Below, piece by piece: positions 24,097 through 36,559 of a stretch of 64,000 bases of DNA. The stretch lies in NCBI GenBank assembly GCA_030324005.1, contig JARDVH010000059.1, forward strand, positions 94,977,141-95,041,140, given 5' to 3'. A program made the position numbers and the translations under genes. Below the pieces are notes generated by a model. That model was given only the letters and a program-made list of their open reading frames with translations. It was not told where the DNA came from and ran no database searches. This stretch comes from Negaprion brevirostris (lineage: Eukaryota). Each line of letters starts with the position of its first letter. The first letter of the stretch is position 1.

Positions 24097-25399
24097 GTAT
24101 TTGTTTCCCCATCTTGGAAAAAGAATGTACTGAATCATGAGCAAGCCTCGGACTTTGTCGACTTTCTCTGTTCAGTTCAAAATTGCTTGGAGGCACTGTT
24201 TTCATAGGTTGTTTTAACCTTGAGTCCTCACTCTGTACAAGTAATCCTTATGTGTACATGCACCAGACTTTGAGCAAGTCACTAATATTGATCTTCCTGT
24301 GTAAAGCCATGCCTAATTGTCATGCTTCAAAAAACATGAATTTGTATTACTATTGAACTTGGGTCAGATTTGTCCTTGGTGATCTTGGTCTTTTTTATAT
24401 CTGCTTCCTGGAGGCTTTTCCAAACAATAAATCAAGTACGAGTTGGAATTGTTCCTATGGTTTTATGAAACAATTTAAAGACCCCTCCTGCTATTTTAGC
24501 CAGTGAAGTCCCTTTGTTTGAATCAAAAGCTTGAGGCAAAGCCAAATACATGCCAATATTACAGCTGTTAGGTTTCCTGTGGAATTAGAATTGAAGATAC
24601 AAGCAGTGGCATCAGCTTGTACGCTTATAATATTTTGAGGGCAGCACGTTTTCTTAGTCTTCTCTATCTTTTTTAGGGTTTTTTTAGTGTATTTTAAGAC
24701 TGGGTGGAACTCTGGAAACCAGAAGTGTTAAACTTGAGGCAAGGAAGGATCAAATTGGTAGAAATCACCCTTTAAAAGTTCGCCGAACCTGTGGAACCAT
24801 ATTTGTAATTCCAAGCTATCTAAGCAAGCATAATAAATCAGGCTGTTCAACTAGGAAACACTTGCAAGAGTACTGTCAGAATCAAAGCTTTGTTCTTCAA
24901 TGCATGAGCTGACAGTACCTGCCTTTGTTGGTGAGTGCCTTAATTCAATGTTTTTTACCCAGTTCTGAATACTGGTCCAAGTGTTTGTATTTTTAACATC
25001 CACCATCTTCTGAGTTATTTCCACCCTTAAACAGAAATTAGAAATAAATAGCTCATGAAAATTTTTTAGCTGGTTGAAAAACAGTAGAAACAAATGGACA
25101 AATCAACTGCTTGCCTCAGTGGTACTGCATGGAGAATACAATAAATACAGAACTGGCTGCTGCTTAGTTTCTTTCAAAAAAAAAGGTTCAGACTCATTGT
25201 AATGCTGAGTTCATTTGGCTGTTATGGGTCACAACTCGCCTCGAGATTGTGTTATTGAATTTACATTTGCAAACATTGGGCTCAATTTTTTAAAAATCCT
25301 TTGTTTTGTCCCCCATTTCTAGCTGCGTGGTGTTTTATGTTTTGGGCCTTTCCAATGAATTCTTCACCAATTATAAAGGACATTTCTTTTCCTTCTCAG

Positions 25400-25545
25400 G
25401 TGATGTCTCGAATGAAAAGGAAGAGGATGTGTTTATGAGTATGATTTGTCCACCTGGTACTAATCCAGATGACTCTCCATTGTATGTTTTGTGCTGCAAT
25501 GATACTTGCAGTTTTACCTGGACCGGAGCAGAGCACATTAACCAG
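25400..25545 (+). CDS. UBR5: UBR5 exon [12 protein letters not shown]...[18 protein letters not shown] (UBR box start)
   Basis: ctcag|GT ... CAG|gtacat; phase 1-0. Confidence 0.96.
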
Positions 25546-25929
25546 GTACATGGAACAAATTAATTTAATTTTGTGTGAATAGACCTAGTTGATCTGGAAG
25601 TTCAAATGACTTAAAGCTGCCAGTCAGCAGTTAGATATACCTTACGTACTATGTGTGGATACTTCAATTTCAAATCCAGTCAAATCCTCTTTTTTCATTT
25701 CATCATTGTCTTCCTCGTTCATTCAAACTCCATAAATAAATGAAAAGATATTACGTAGATAGGGGGAAGAACAAATACTTAAGTACCAAATTCCTGATCA
25801 TTCTCCACTGGTTTCCCCTGTTTGTGCAGTGCTGTATCTCTTACGTAGAAATTGTCACCTGAAAATGGTCAGCTTTAAGTAATTTGGAAAGGAAATGTGC
25901 TTTTATAAATGTACTCAAAGATTCTTAAC

Positions 25930-26370
25930 TCATTCATACTCTGGGACCCATGTCCTTTCCCCTCTCCACCCCTCCCTGGCAATCCACAGCCACTGTGATT
26001 TGTTCTGTGTAGGCCTTTCAACCCCCATGATTCTCAAATTATAGCCACCTGTGCACCAACCTCTTCCTTCAACTCCCCATTTGTGGATGTGTCTTTAGCC
26101 ATTTTGGCCTCGAGCTCTGGAATTTCCTCCCAAAGATCGCTCCATCTGTCTCTCTCTTGTTCTTGCCCACTCGCCCTCTACCACCTGCCCAACCTTATGT
26201 TACACTCACTCAGGCTCCCCTTATTTCTCCATTTGACCAAGTATTTGGTCACTTGCAGTTATTTCCTCTTCAGGCACAGTTTCACTCTTTATCTCATTAT
26301 CATTTTGTAGTGAACTCTTGGCGCATCTTATTACATTAAAGCATCTATACAAATACAAGTGGCTGTTTGT
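25930..26370 (+). mobile_element. Old L2-type 3' fragment
   Basis: ctctggaatttcctccc..tttgaccaag..tacattaaagcatctatacaaatacaagt L2-type tail. Confidence 0.55.
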
Positions 26371-26990
26371 CATCTGTTGTCCTGTCTTTATCTAAAGTTT
26401 CTTAATAATGGCTGCATTTGTTGCTTCTACTGTACATGCACATTTGTATGTTGATGGCATGCTAGGTTAAAGGTCGCTACCTTTATAGGGGGCAATGTGT
26501 GGCAGTGCTTATTTGCAGCCATCTCTGCCCTGCAGCAGCAGAAGAGAAAGTTGTGAATTTCAATGCTAGACTGATGGTGATGGATTTTGGACATTTCTTG
26601 AATAGGGGGTTAGAAGGCAAGGATGGAAAAGTAAAATCAGATGGAAAAGTAAAATCTTTTCCTATTGGAATACTTTACTGCAGTTGGTCAGTGCTTCTGA
26701 AATCTGTCTCACTATCCTAGTAAAGTAAGTGGATTGTAGGTTGTTGTATTGTATTGGGTTTTACTGTTTCTCCTCATGCTTCCTCCTGCTGCCATTCCAG
26801 ATTGCAGGCCCCAGCAGTGATATTGTTGTGGATCTATACTTATGCATAGACCAAAGCTCATGCACTGATGGGTATTGGCAGCCATCTTGCACAGATATAT
26901 TTATTGCATTGGTCGGAGACAGTGTAAAATAATATAGTGTATTCATATAATTTGGAATTAGTTATGAAGTTTTACGCTAAATTTTGATAG

Positions 26991-27082
26991 GATATTTTTG
27001 AATGTCGGACGTGTGGATTGCTGGAGTCTCTGTGCTGCTGTACTGAGTGTGCAAGAGTATGTCACAAAGGACATGACTGCAA
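26991..27082 (+). CDS. UBR5: UBR5 exon [30 protein letters not shown] (UBR-box zinc finger)
   Basis: gatag|GAT ... TGCAA|gtgagt; phase 0-2; Cys/His zinc ligands present. Confidence 0.97.
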
Positions 27083-27419
27083 GTGAGTAACTACCATTTT
27101 AAATTGCTTAAATATTGCATTGATTGAAACCGAAGCAATTGTTTAAATATTTCTTAAAAAATGAGAAAAGCAGATTTGAACCTATATTATGCACACTTGC
27201 TAATGTATTTTAATCGAATTACCTTTGCGATTTTTAAGTCTCACAAATATCATCTGAGCTATGAGAACAGGCAGGCAGTCTGCTGCCACTGGTCTCCCAC
27301 TAACCAGCGACGTGAACAGTTTGAGCTGACCTGCCTGTAATTTTCAGTATCAGATGTGGCCGAGGTTAACACCCTGCCATATGATGAATCATAAACATAG
27401 ATTTGTACATTACCCAGTT

Positions 27420-29960
27420 AGAGAGACAAAAATATGCAACAGGATAAGGCTGTTTGACCCCTTGAGTCTGCTGTCCCATTTGATGATGGCTGATCTGATT
27501 GTGATTTCTACTTTCTTGTCCACTCTAAGAATCAAGCTAACTCAACTTGAAAAATATCCCATGACCCTACTTTCATTGCTATCTAGGGAAATCTAACAAC
27601 CCTTGGGGAAAAAAGATTTCTGCCATCTTAAATATGGGACCTTTTACTTTTAAATTGTATGCCTTAGTTTTAGTCTCGCCCAGAGGGCGAAGCATATTTT
27701 CAGCATCCACATTGTCAAGTTCCTTTGGAATTTCATATGTCGTAATAAGATCATTTCTCATTCTCTTATTCTCGAATGAACACAGACCCAGTCTATCCAC
27801 CCTTCTCCCAAAAGACAAGCCCTTCATTCCAGGAATTGACTGAACCTTCGCTACTAACGTAATTATACCCTTTCTTAAATAGAGACCAAAACTCTGATGG
27901 CATCAGATGTGGTCTAATCAACTGTAGCAAAACCTCCTACTTGTGATTTATTACCAGGAAATTGAGCTCCCTCGGTACGGTGGAGTTCTGCAGTCCTTCT
28001 CTATTTAAGTAATATGATGGTTTTCTATTTTTCCTGCCAAAGTGGATAAATCACAGTTTCCCACATTATACTTGATCTGGTAATTTTTTGCACGTTCACT
28101 TCATCTATATCCATTTGTAGAATCCTAATATTATGTTTACAAGTTGCCCTCCTACCTGCCTTTTGTGTCATTAGCAAATTTAGCAAACACCCATTGAATC
28201 AAATGGTGTGCACCCTGCACCATTAACTCTTTAGTGGCATTTTGTCAAATACATAGATTCCCCTTTATACACATTGCATGTTACTTCCTTAAAAACCTCT
28301 AAGTTAGAGTTCACAAAACCATGTTGATTCTGTCTGATTACATTGTGATTTTCAAAATGCTCTGATGCACCCTCCATAATAGGTTCTAACATTTCCCTGT
28401 TGGCTGGCTTTTGATTTGCTACTTTGTCTTGTTTTCTTGAATTGAGGAATTATATTTGCTGTTTTCCAATTTAATGTATCCTTTAGTATTCAAGTCCCAG
28501 CGTTTGTTATCTTGTTAGTGTGTACCAGATGTCTCACATCTTAACTGACAATTCACTCATTTTGACGTGAATGCTATGTATATTCAGAGAGCCTTTAGTT
28601 CTGTCTTTTTACTTTCTCCACCCTCTGGTGTTTTCTGCTGGTGCGCTCGTGCTCCATCCCTTGCTGTTATGCTCTGATTATCTTTACTCTTATTGCTATC
28701 TTGCTCTCTTGCTTTGTTCTCTCACTTTAGTTTATCACATTTTCCTTGTTCCCTCACTCCCACTATTTAGTTTAAAACCCTCTACCACCCAAGTTATATG
28801 ACTTGGTGGATCACTGGTCCCAGCACAGTTCAGGAGAAGATTGCCCCAATGGTACAATTCCCAGTTTGCGCAGCACTGGTGCCAGTGCCCCATAAATCAA
28901 AACCCACTTCCCCACACCAGTCTTTGAGCCATGCACTTGTCTTCTAATATTATTTGCTCTATGCTGGTTTGCTTGTATATCTAATAATCCGGAAATGATT
29001 AATTTTTGAAGTTCTGCTTTTTAATTCTGCCCTACTGCTCAAAATCCCGATCAGTACTACTTTCCTAGTCCTGTCTATGTTGTTGGTACCTCCATGGACC
29101 ACAGCACCTGCATTCTCCCCCTCTTATTGTAAGTCCCTGTCCTGCCCAGAGCAGATGTCTCAGACCCTGGCGCCAGGCATGCAGGCAGCGTGGATTTCTG
29201 GACTACTGTTCTCAGCTGCAGAGTGCAGTGTCTATCCTGACTATATTGTCCCCTACTGCCACAAAATTTCCATTTACTCATGACACTTGAATAGCTTCCT
29301 GTACTATGGTCAGTTTGTTCATCCACCTTGCACCTCTCATTTTCATCAATATAGATTGCAAAAAACTGTAACATGTTGGACAACTGCCAAGGATGAAAAG
29401 GCTTTTCCGCTTCTATCTTTTCAACCCTTATACCTGCCTTGCTTGCAGTTGCACCCTTCTGTCCCTGACCATGGACCAAATCTAAAGACCCTAATCTAAG
29501 TAGGGTTTGACTGCCTTCTTGAACAAAGTCTCCAGTTAACTTTCCCATCCCCTATTGCATCTGCCTAAAGCTCAGACTCCAGCTGAAGTTTCTCTCGCTG
29601 CAGACATGATTGCTGTGGATCAGTCTGGCATCCACGAGCTCCCACATATTGCAGTTGCCAGCACATCACTTCCTTGCTACCTTTATAGCATTTTAATTAA
29701 CTAATACATCACTTATGAAAACGTATTTAATGCCACTAGTAACTCACTTATGAAATATTATTTAATGCCTCTAATTCTACCTGTGCTTACATTCTGATTT
29801 CAGATAATGTTCTACTTATCCTGATCACAATTCCCTCATTTAGACAAGATAAATAGAAAACAATCATCCAGCTTCCTTGTGATGTTATACTTCTATTTTT
29901 CTTTGTGTGGGCTCTGACTCCTAGTGTTGGTGGCTCACCTTGCTCACCTCCAGGCCTCAC
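27420..29960 (-). mobile_element. Decayed, internally deleted CR1 running from 3' UTR/ORF2 into a probable ORF1/5' region
   Basis: Minus ORF MKGLSFGRRVDRLGLCSFENKRMRNDLI (ORF2 end). The 28550-29700 part is assigned to ORF1/5' by resemblance only. Confidence 0.7.
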
Positions 29961-30209
29961 TGTTTTAATGCTGAGTATCTTGAAGTCTCACTGCCTGTAC
30001 CCCACTCAATCTTGAAGTCTCTCAGTTTTTGATGCAGCTACTTGTTTTTCAGTTCTCTTCCTATATCAGTGTTAACTTTGCCATTGACTGTCACTTCGCA
30101 AGCTCTGGCTAAACAAACGCTCAAATTGATCATTTGTACCACCAGGATCTAGGATTCAGATTCACTCACACCCAAAATCCTATAACTTTTTGCGGAATTC
30201 TATCTTCAG

Positions 30210-30356
30210 GCTGAAAAGGACATCCCCTACAGCATACTGCGACTGCTGGGAGAAGTGCAAGTGCAAAACGTTGATTGCGGGACAAAAGTCTGCTCGTCTT
30301 GATTTGCTGTATAGGCTCCTTACTACAACCAACCTTGTCACTTTGCCAAATAGCAG
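30210..30356 (+). CDS. UBR5: UBR5 exon [20 protein letters not shown]...LPNS (UBR box end)
   Basis: ttcag|G ... AGCAG|gtgagt; phase 2-2. Confidence 0.96.
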
Positions 30357-30578
30357 GTGAGTATTTAGAATGATGAAACTATAAAACTAGATCGGAATTA
30401 AATGGCAGAAATCGCTAAGAATAGAATTTTTGTATGAGCTACATTGTAGTGGTTACAATGATTTGTGGAATTGAGCTGTATCATTATGATTGTGGAAAAA
30501 TATTGTATTTATAATATTGGAATCATCTGAAGTATTGAAGATATAACTTTGCTCGAATCAGATATTATACATTTGATT

Positions 30579-30907
30579 TGAGTGGTGTGCCTCAGGGATC
30601 TGTTTTGGGGCCACTGCTGTTTGTAATTTTTATAAATGATCTGGATGAGGATGTAGTTGGGTGGATTAGTAAATTTGCTGATGACACCAAAGTCGGAGGT
30701 GTGGTAGATAGTGAGGAAGGGTGTCTTANNNNNNNNNNNNNNNNNNNNNNNNNNNNNNNNNNNNNNNNNNNNNNNNNNNNNNNNNNNNNNNNNNNNNNNN
30801 NNNNNNNNNNNNNNNNNNNNNNNNNNNNGGGTCATTGCTTTTTAACTGGTCGGCGCAACATTGTGGGCCGAAGGGCCTGTTCTGCGCTGTAATGTTCTAT
30901 GTTCTGT
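30579..30907 (+). mobile_element. CR1 LINE RT core plus 3' tail, middle collapsed into a gap
   Basis: [30 protein letters not shown]; tail matches 3586-3660. Confidence 0.92.
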
Positions 30908-31477
30908 GTTCCACAGGGATCTCTAATTCTATTTCCTTTAACAACTATATCGTCAGGCACAGAATGAGGTGGATTTTAAATACAATCAAATGAGTAGCAT
31001 GAACCAGATCCTCTTATTTGGCTTCAGAAAATCTCAGGGTTCTGTAGAATTTGCACAGCTTCTCTAGTAACAAACCTCAGTCTTTTGACCTGTGTAGTCA
31101 TTGGTCCACTCTAATGTAGTTGGTAGCAACTCAGTAACTCTTAAAAATTTTAGTCCCGATGAAATAATTCTGAAGTACAGTTGCTGCTGACTTGAAAGAC
31201 ACAGAATTACCAGAAGCTGACACAAGCAGTAAATTCCAATAACGGTTCCTTTTAAGCACAGAAGCAAATTGTTGCTTCTCAACTGAGGCAAAGTCTTCAA
31301 AAATTTGTTTTGTGAGATGAAGTAGAACTAGTTCTACTAAACTTCCTCTTAAGACTGCCACAGCATTACTTTATCACCAGTTTCTTCAAATTGGTGCACT
31401 AAAACATTGTTGCCACATCATATGCAAGTCTTTTTTGCATTTCACATGTTTTCATATCTATGTTTAAACTTTTTCAG

Positions 31478-31596
31478 GGGTGAACACCTGTTACTGTTTC
31501 TAGTGCAGACAGTTGCTAGGCAAACTGTGGAGCATTGCCAGTATCGACCACCACGAATTAGGGAGGACAGGAACCGCAAGACCGCAAATGTTGAAG
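31478..31596 (+). CDS. UBR5: UBR5 exon RGEHLLLFLVQTVARQ...RKTANVE
   Basis: ttcag|G ... GAAG|gtttgt; phase 2-1. Confidence 0.95.
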
Positions 31597-31694
31597 GTTT
31601 GTATAATTTGTGGGCCACCATTTTGAGAATGAAAGTACAAGTGTGTGAATTTTTTAATTTCCCCTCAATGTTTTGAAAGCTGGTTGTACTGCAT

Positions 31695-32235
31695 AAAGAA
31701 CATAAGAAATAGGAGCAGCTGTCAGCCATCTAGCCCCTCGAGCCTGCCCCGCCATTCAATAAGATCATGGCTGATCTGAAGTGGATCAATTCCACTTACC
31801 CNNNNNNNNNNNNNNNNNNNNNNNNNNNNNNNNNNNNNNNNNNNNNNNNNNNNNNNNNNNNNNNNNNNNNNNNNNNNNNNNNNNNNNNNNNNNNNNNNNN
31901 NNNNNNNNNNNNNNNNNNNNNNNNNNNNNNNNNNNNNNNNNNNNNNNNNNNNNNNNNNNNNNNNNNNNNNNNNNNNNNNNNNNNNNNNNNNNNNNNNNNN
32001 NNNNNNNNNNNNNNNNNNNNNNNNNNNNNNNNNNNNNNNNNNNNNNNNNNNNNNNNNNNNNNNNNNNNNNNNNNNNNNNNNNNNNNNNNNNNNNNNNNNN
32101 NNNNNNNNNNNNNNNNNNNNNNNNNNNNNNNAAGCTAACCCCCTCATCTCCGGTATCAACCTGGTGAACCTTCTCTGTACTCCCTCCAAGGCCAATATAT
32201 CCTTTCGCGAATAAGGGGATCAAAATTGCACGCAA
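31695..32235 (-). mobile_element. Young CR1 3' end, gapped
   Basis: Minus ORF LALEGVQRRFTRLIPEMRGL; tail shared with 1795-1895 and 47025-47100. Confidence 0.9.
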
Positions 32236-32666
32236 TATTATGGAGATTAAAGAATGGATTAAGTTATTAGAAGATCCAGTGAATAAATTAAAGAATTTTT
32301 CTAGTTAGTGTTTGTGGATGATTATTCTTGATCCCATTTGATGAAGATTTTATTTGCTGCATCTTAGGTTATATTAGGAAAGTAAAAGGAGTAAAAAAAC
32401 CCAAATTTTTTTGGAGTGGTCAAATGTCCTTTATTTGCAAGGTTAAAGGGAGAAGAATTCTTTCAATATAAAGTATTGTTTTCCAATAAACACTACTCAC
32501 ATTTTATGTACGTATTTAGAGAAATTTGTTACAAGAGAAATTGTTCAAAACTGTGTGGAAACTAATTGGCGAGTATCTCCATTAAGGTAACTTGTATTCA
32601 TAATCCTTTATTCCCATTTAGGAGGTATTGCTGACTGGATGATCCAGTACTGAGTAATGTAATTAC

Positions 32667-32854
32667 ATATTCACAGCACCAGGTTAAAGTCCAACAGGTT
32701 TATTTGGTAGCACGAGCTTCCAGAGCACTGCTCCTTCATCAGTTGAGCAGCGGCCGAAAGCTCATGCTACCAAATAAATTTGTTGAATTTTAACCTGGTG
32801 TTGTGAGACTTCTTACTGTGCCCGCTCCAGTCCAATGTCGGCATCTCCATATCA
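32667..32854. mobile_element. Palindromic Penelope-derived element with a 7-bp target-site duplication
   Basis: 49-nt inverted arms at 32671-32719 and 32758-32806; TAATTAC at 32660-32666 and 32855-32861. Confidence 0.75.
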
Positions 32855-33772
32855 TAATTACTTTTGCAAGTAAACATCTAACTGTCAACAAATAACAATT
32901 ATTTGCAACTGAAATAACCATTCAGTTTCCAGCTGCATTTTAAAGCTTTAGGAATGTCTTTTTAGCTGCTGTCGTGTGTTTGATTCTGAACTGTCAGCTT
33001 GCAAGCAATAAAACTAAAGAACGGAACAAGAGTAGAAAAGAAATTTCTAATCCCTCAAAAATGGTCATATTTTTGTCCCATTTTAAATTATTCCTATTTC
33101 ACATTTCAATGATTTTCTTGCAAGCAGATGACCAGTTTCAATACTCCTATGCCTCTAGAATCCAACATCCTGAATCATTAATTAGTGCAATGCACCACCC
33201 AAGTTATTAGTTGTATGCCTCTCGCTACTTGTTTTCGGAGAGCAGATCGTTAGCAGCTCCGTGCTTCTAATTTTTCAAGGAGAGTTGTCATTCAAGCTCA
33301 ATTATGTCTCTCGAGTATCAGGTATATAATCAAACAGAAATGGATGTCAAGCTACAGTGCACCAAAATAGGAAAGTGACCAAAAACTGGATCAGGTGGGC
33401 TTTAAAGGGTTAAGATGTTGAAAGAAGGGTAAGGGAGGCTGAAAGGCATTGGGTTTAAATGTGGAATTGTGCTGCTGTGGCTCTCATCTGATTAGATGTT
33501 GGTCTGGTGTCCATAAATCTACCATTGTGCCTCTGCAGTATCCAAATGAAAACATCAGTTTTGTATTCGTTCTCCTTTGCACATGAAAGCTCAATGAAAT
33601 TATCTATTGTCAAGTAACAGTAACAGTTGAAAACTACTTCTACTTGAAAGTATTCTGTAACATTTGCCTGAACACGGGAACTGCACAAATGTTTGCTCTT
33701 ACTGTCACAACTGCAGAATTCCCTAAATTTTGAATTAATGAGAACAGGACAAGAATTCAGTGTCAGTTTAGA

Positions 33773-34108
33773 AATCATAAAAACCCTACAGTACAGAAAC
33801 AGGCCCTTCAGCCCATCGAGTCTGCCCTGACCACAATCCCGCCCAGGCTCTACTCCATATTCCTACANNNNNNNNNNNNNNNNNNNNNNNNNNNNNNNNN
33901 NNNNNNNNNNNNNNNNNNNNNNNNNNNNNNNNNNNNNNNNNNNNNNNNNNNNNNNNNNNNNNNNNNNNNNNNNNNNNNNNNNNNNNNNNNNNNNNNNNNN
34001 NNAGGAGAATGTGCAAACTCCACACAGACAGTGACCCAAACCGGGAATTGAACCCAGGTCCCTGGAGCTGTGAAGCAGCATTGCTAACCACTGTGCTACT
34101 GTGCCGCC
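33773..34108 (-). mobile_element. HE1/V-type SINE, gapped
   Basis: Closely similar to 4824-5153. Confidence 0.88.
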
Positions 34109-34449
34109 TATTGCATTTTAAGTGGCATGTGTGGATACGGTGCAATAAGCTCACACTTTAGAAAAAACTTCAATATTTGATTATTTTGAGTGATGTTGCA
34201 GTATTAACAATGGAACAAATTTTAATTCCATACTACTTTTGCATTTATGGTTTGAATGCATGATTCAAGACAGGAACCAGTTCAACCTTTGACTGTTGAA
34301 GTGATTAGAGCATTGCCTTTTGGAGTACAACGTAAAGATGAATACTGTGCTTGAGACATTGATCTTTGGTCTGGTTTTATTCATTTTGAGTGGATGTGTG
34401 TTATTAATAGCAATGTTAAATCTATTGCTTTTGCTCTCTTACCCCTCAG

Positions 34450-34576
34450 ATTCTGATATGCCTGACCATGATTTGGAGCCTCCTAGGTTTGCTCAGTTGG
34501 CTTTGGAGCGTGTCCTTCAGGACTGGAACGCGTTGAAATCTATGATCATGTTTGGATCACAGGAAAGCAAGGACCC
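34450..34576 (+). CDS. UBR5: UBR5 exon DSDMPDHDLEPPRFAQLAL...QESKD
   Basis: ctcag|AT ... GACCC|gtaagt; phase 1-2. Confidence 0.95.
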
Positions 34577-34661
34577 GTAAGTAGATAAGACAAGCTACTT
34601 GTTAATGCATTCTGTAACATGTGAAAGCGTAGGGAAAAACTGATTTTCTTTTCTATTTTAG

Positions 34662-34791
34662 GCTCAGTGCAAGCAGTCGGATAGCTCATCTGCTACCAGA
34701 AGAGCAGGTATACCTATCTCAACAAAGTGGCACAATCCGGCTAGATTGCTTTACACACTGCCTGATTGTAAAGTGTACAGCTGACATTTTG
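34662..34791 (+). CDS. UBR5: UBR5 exon PLSASSRIAHLLPEEQVY...TADIL
   Basis: tttag|G ... TTG|gtaagt; phase 2-0; follows an 85-nt intron. Confidence 0.95.
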
Positions 34792-35179
34792 GTAAGTACC
34801 TCTTTGAAGGTCCAGCAATGAGTTCAGTATTTTGGCACAGGGCTGATAGCTAGTCCTTCAATACCTTGTAGGTTAATTACAGCACAACAATGCAAATGAC
34901 CTTTGTTCAAGATGCGTTCAGTTAACTGCCAAGAGTTTATTGGGGTTGTATGGGGCTACTTCTATTCACAAGTATATTGGGATCCATATTTTTGACTTTG
35001 GAAATTCTTATTGTATTCCTGGATGGTGGCATAAACTACTTTGCTTTATCAAGTTCTTTTTAAATATCACCTCGGCGAACAGATCTGCTTTTTTGCTTTT
35101 CCTTCATAATGCTTTCAAATGTGTATCAACAGTGTAAACCAACTTTGTAATGTATTGAATCTTTTTAAATATTATGAAG

Positions 35180-35340
35180 CTTTTGGATACTTTACTTGGA
35201 ACACTGGTGAAGGAGCTACAGAATAAATATACCCCAGGACGCCGAGAAGAAGCCATCACCGTTACCATGAGATTTCTACGCTCGGTGGCGCGAGTGTTTG
35301 TCATACTTAGTGTCGAAATGGCTTCATCAAAGAAAAAAAA
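35180..35340 (+). CDS. UBR5: UBR5 exon [22 protein letters not shown]...MASSKKK
   Basis: tgaag|CTT ... AAAAA|gtaaga; phase 0-2. Confidence 0.95.
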
Positions 35341-35679
35341 GTAAGAAAATGTTTACTTACAGAAGTAATAACGTCATCTATCTTATACCTTGAAACAAGG
35401 CACCTTATTGAGCAAATTCTCAAAAACTTCAGACCGTCTGGCTAATTAAATGTTTCAGAAAAAAATTTCAACATTAATCTTGCTGAACGAAAGCAAAAGT
35501 GTTTATTCACCCCAGCCTACTTACCAATTATAAATGTGCTGTGAAAACGTATGATGTTTTGTTAAGCTAACCAATTTTATCCTGGTAGAATCAATACAGG
35601 TTCCTGTACTTTCACATTAATGTGAAAGACTTGTGTTGTACTAGTACAACTACATGTACTGTAAATGCTTGCATGTTGA

Positions 35680-35842
35680 GTGAAGGAAAGTGTGAAATTA
35701 AAAGCGGAGGCGTTTAGAGTAGCTAAGAGTAGTGGGGCGAGAAGAGGATTGGGAGAGGTTTAAACGTCAGCAAAGATTGACAAAGAAGTTGATAAAGAAG
35801 GGTAGGAGAAACTATGAAGCTGGGCTAGCGCTTAATATAAAA
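35680..35842 (+). mobile_element. CR1 ORF2 5'-truncated start, running into a gap
   Basis: EAFRVAKSSGREEDWERFKRQQRLTKKLIKK..YE..LA.NIK, the EN-RT linker of CR1 ORF2. Confidence 0.8.
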
Positions 35843-36142
35843 NNNNNNNNNNNNNNNNNNNNNNNNNNNNNNNNNNNNNNNNNNNNNNNNNNNNNNNNNN
35901 NNNNNNNNNNNNNNNNNNNNNNNNNNNNNNNNNNNNNNNNNNNNNNNNNNNNNNNNNNNNNNNNNNNNNNNNNNNNNNNNNNNNNNNNNNNNNNNNNNNN
36001 NNNNNNNNNNNNNNNNNNNNNNNNNNNNNNNNNNNNNNCTGTCGTTTTTTTTTTTTTGACTGAGCAATTGATTCTTTTCAGTGAAGTGATTTCAGCTGGA
36101 GGCAGACATATTTGTGTTCTAGTAATCCATCATCTGTTGCAG

Positions 36143-36266
36143 TTCTAGCCAGTCACAGTCTTCATACATCATTCGCAATCCTCAGCAGAGGCACATCAGT
36201 CAGTCACAACCTGTTCGTGGCAGAGATGAGGAGCAAGATGACATTGTGACAGCGGATGTGGAAGAG
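36143..36266 (+). CDS. UBR5: UBR5 exon SSQSQSSYIIRNPQQR...ADVEE
   Basis: tgcag|T ... GAG|gtaagt; phase 2-0. Confidence 0.93.
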
Positions 36267-36559
36267 GTAAGTCTGTTTGGTACGTAGTTGAGTAAGAATT
36301 TATGGTGAACTAAAAATATCAACACTACCACCTCCTTATCCAGACCCACAATGTTTGAGTTCAAACAAAGTATACTGAGAAATGTTCAAAACTCCCCAAA
36401 TACACTCTTGTGTGCCTTGCCACATCATTCGCACATTTTGATGTAGACTTCAATTAGGCTGTATGATAATAGGCATCCTCTCAATTTAAGAGAAGAGGGT
36501 TCTGGAAATTTCTAATTCTGTACCTAGTCTTTGGACCTGGAGACCGTATCCTGGAAAAG

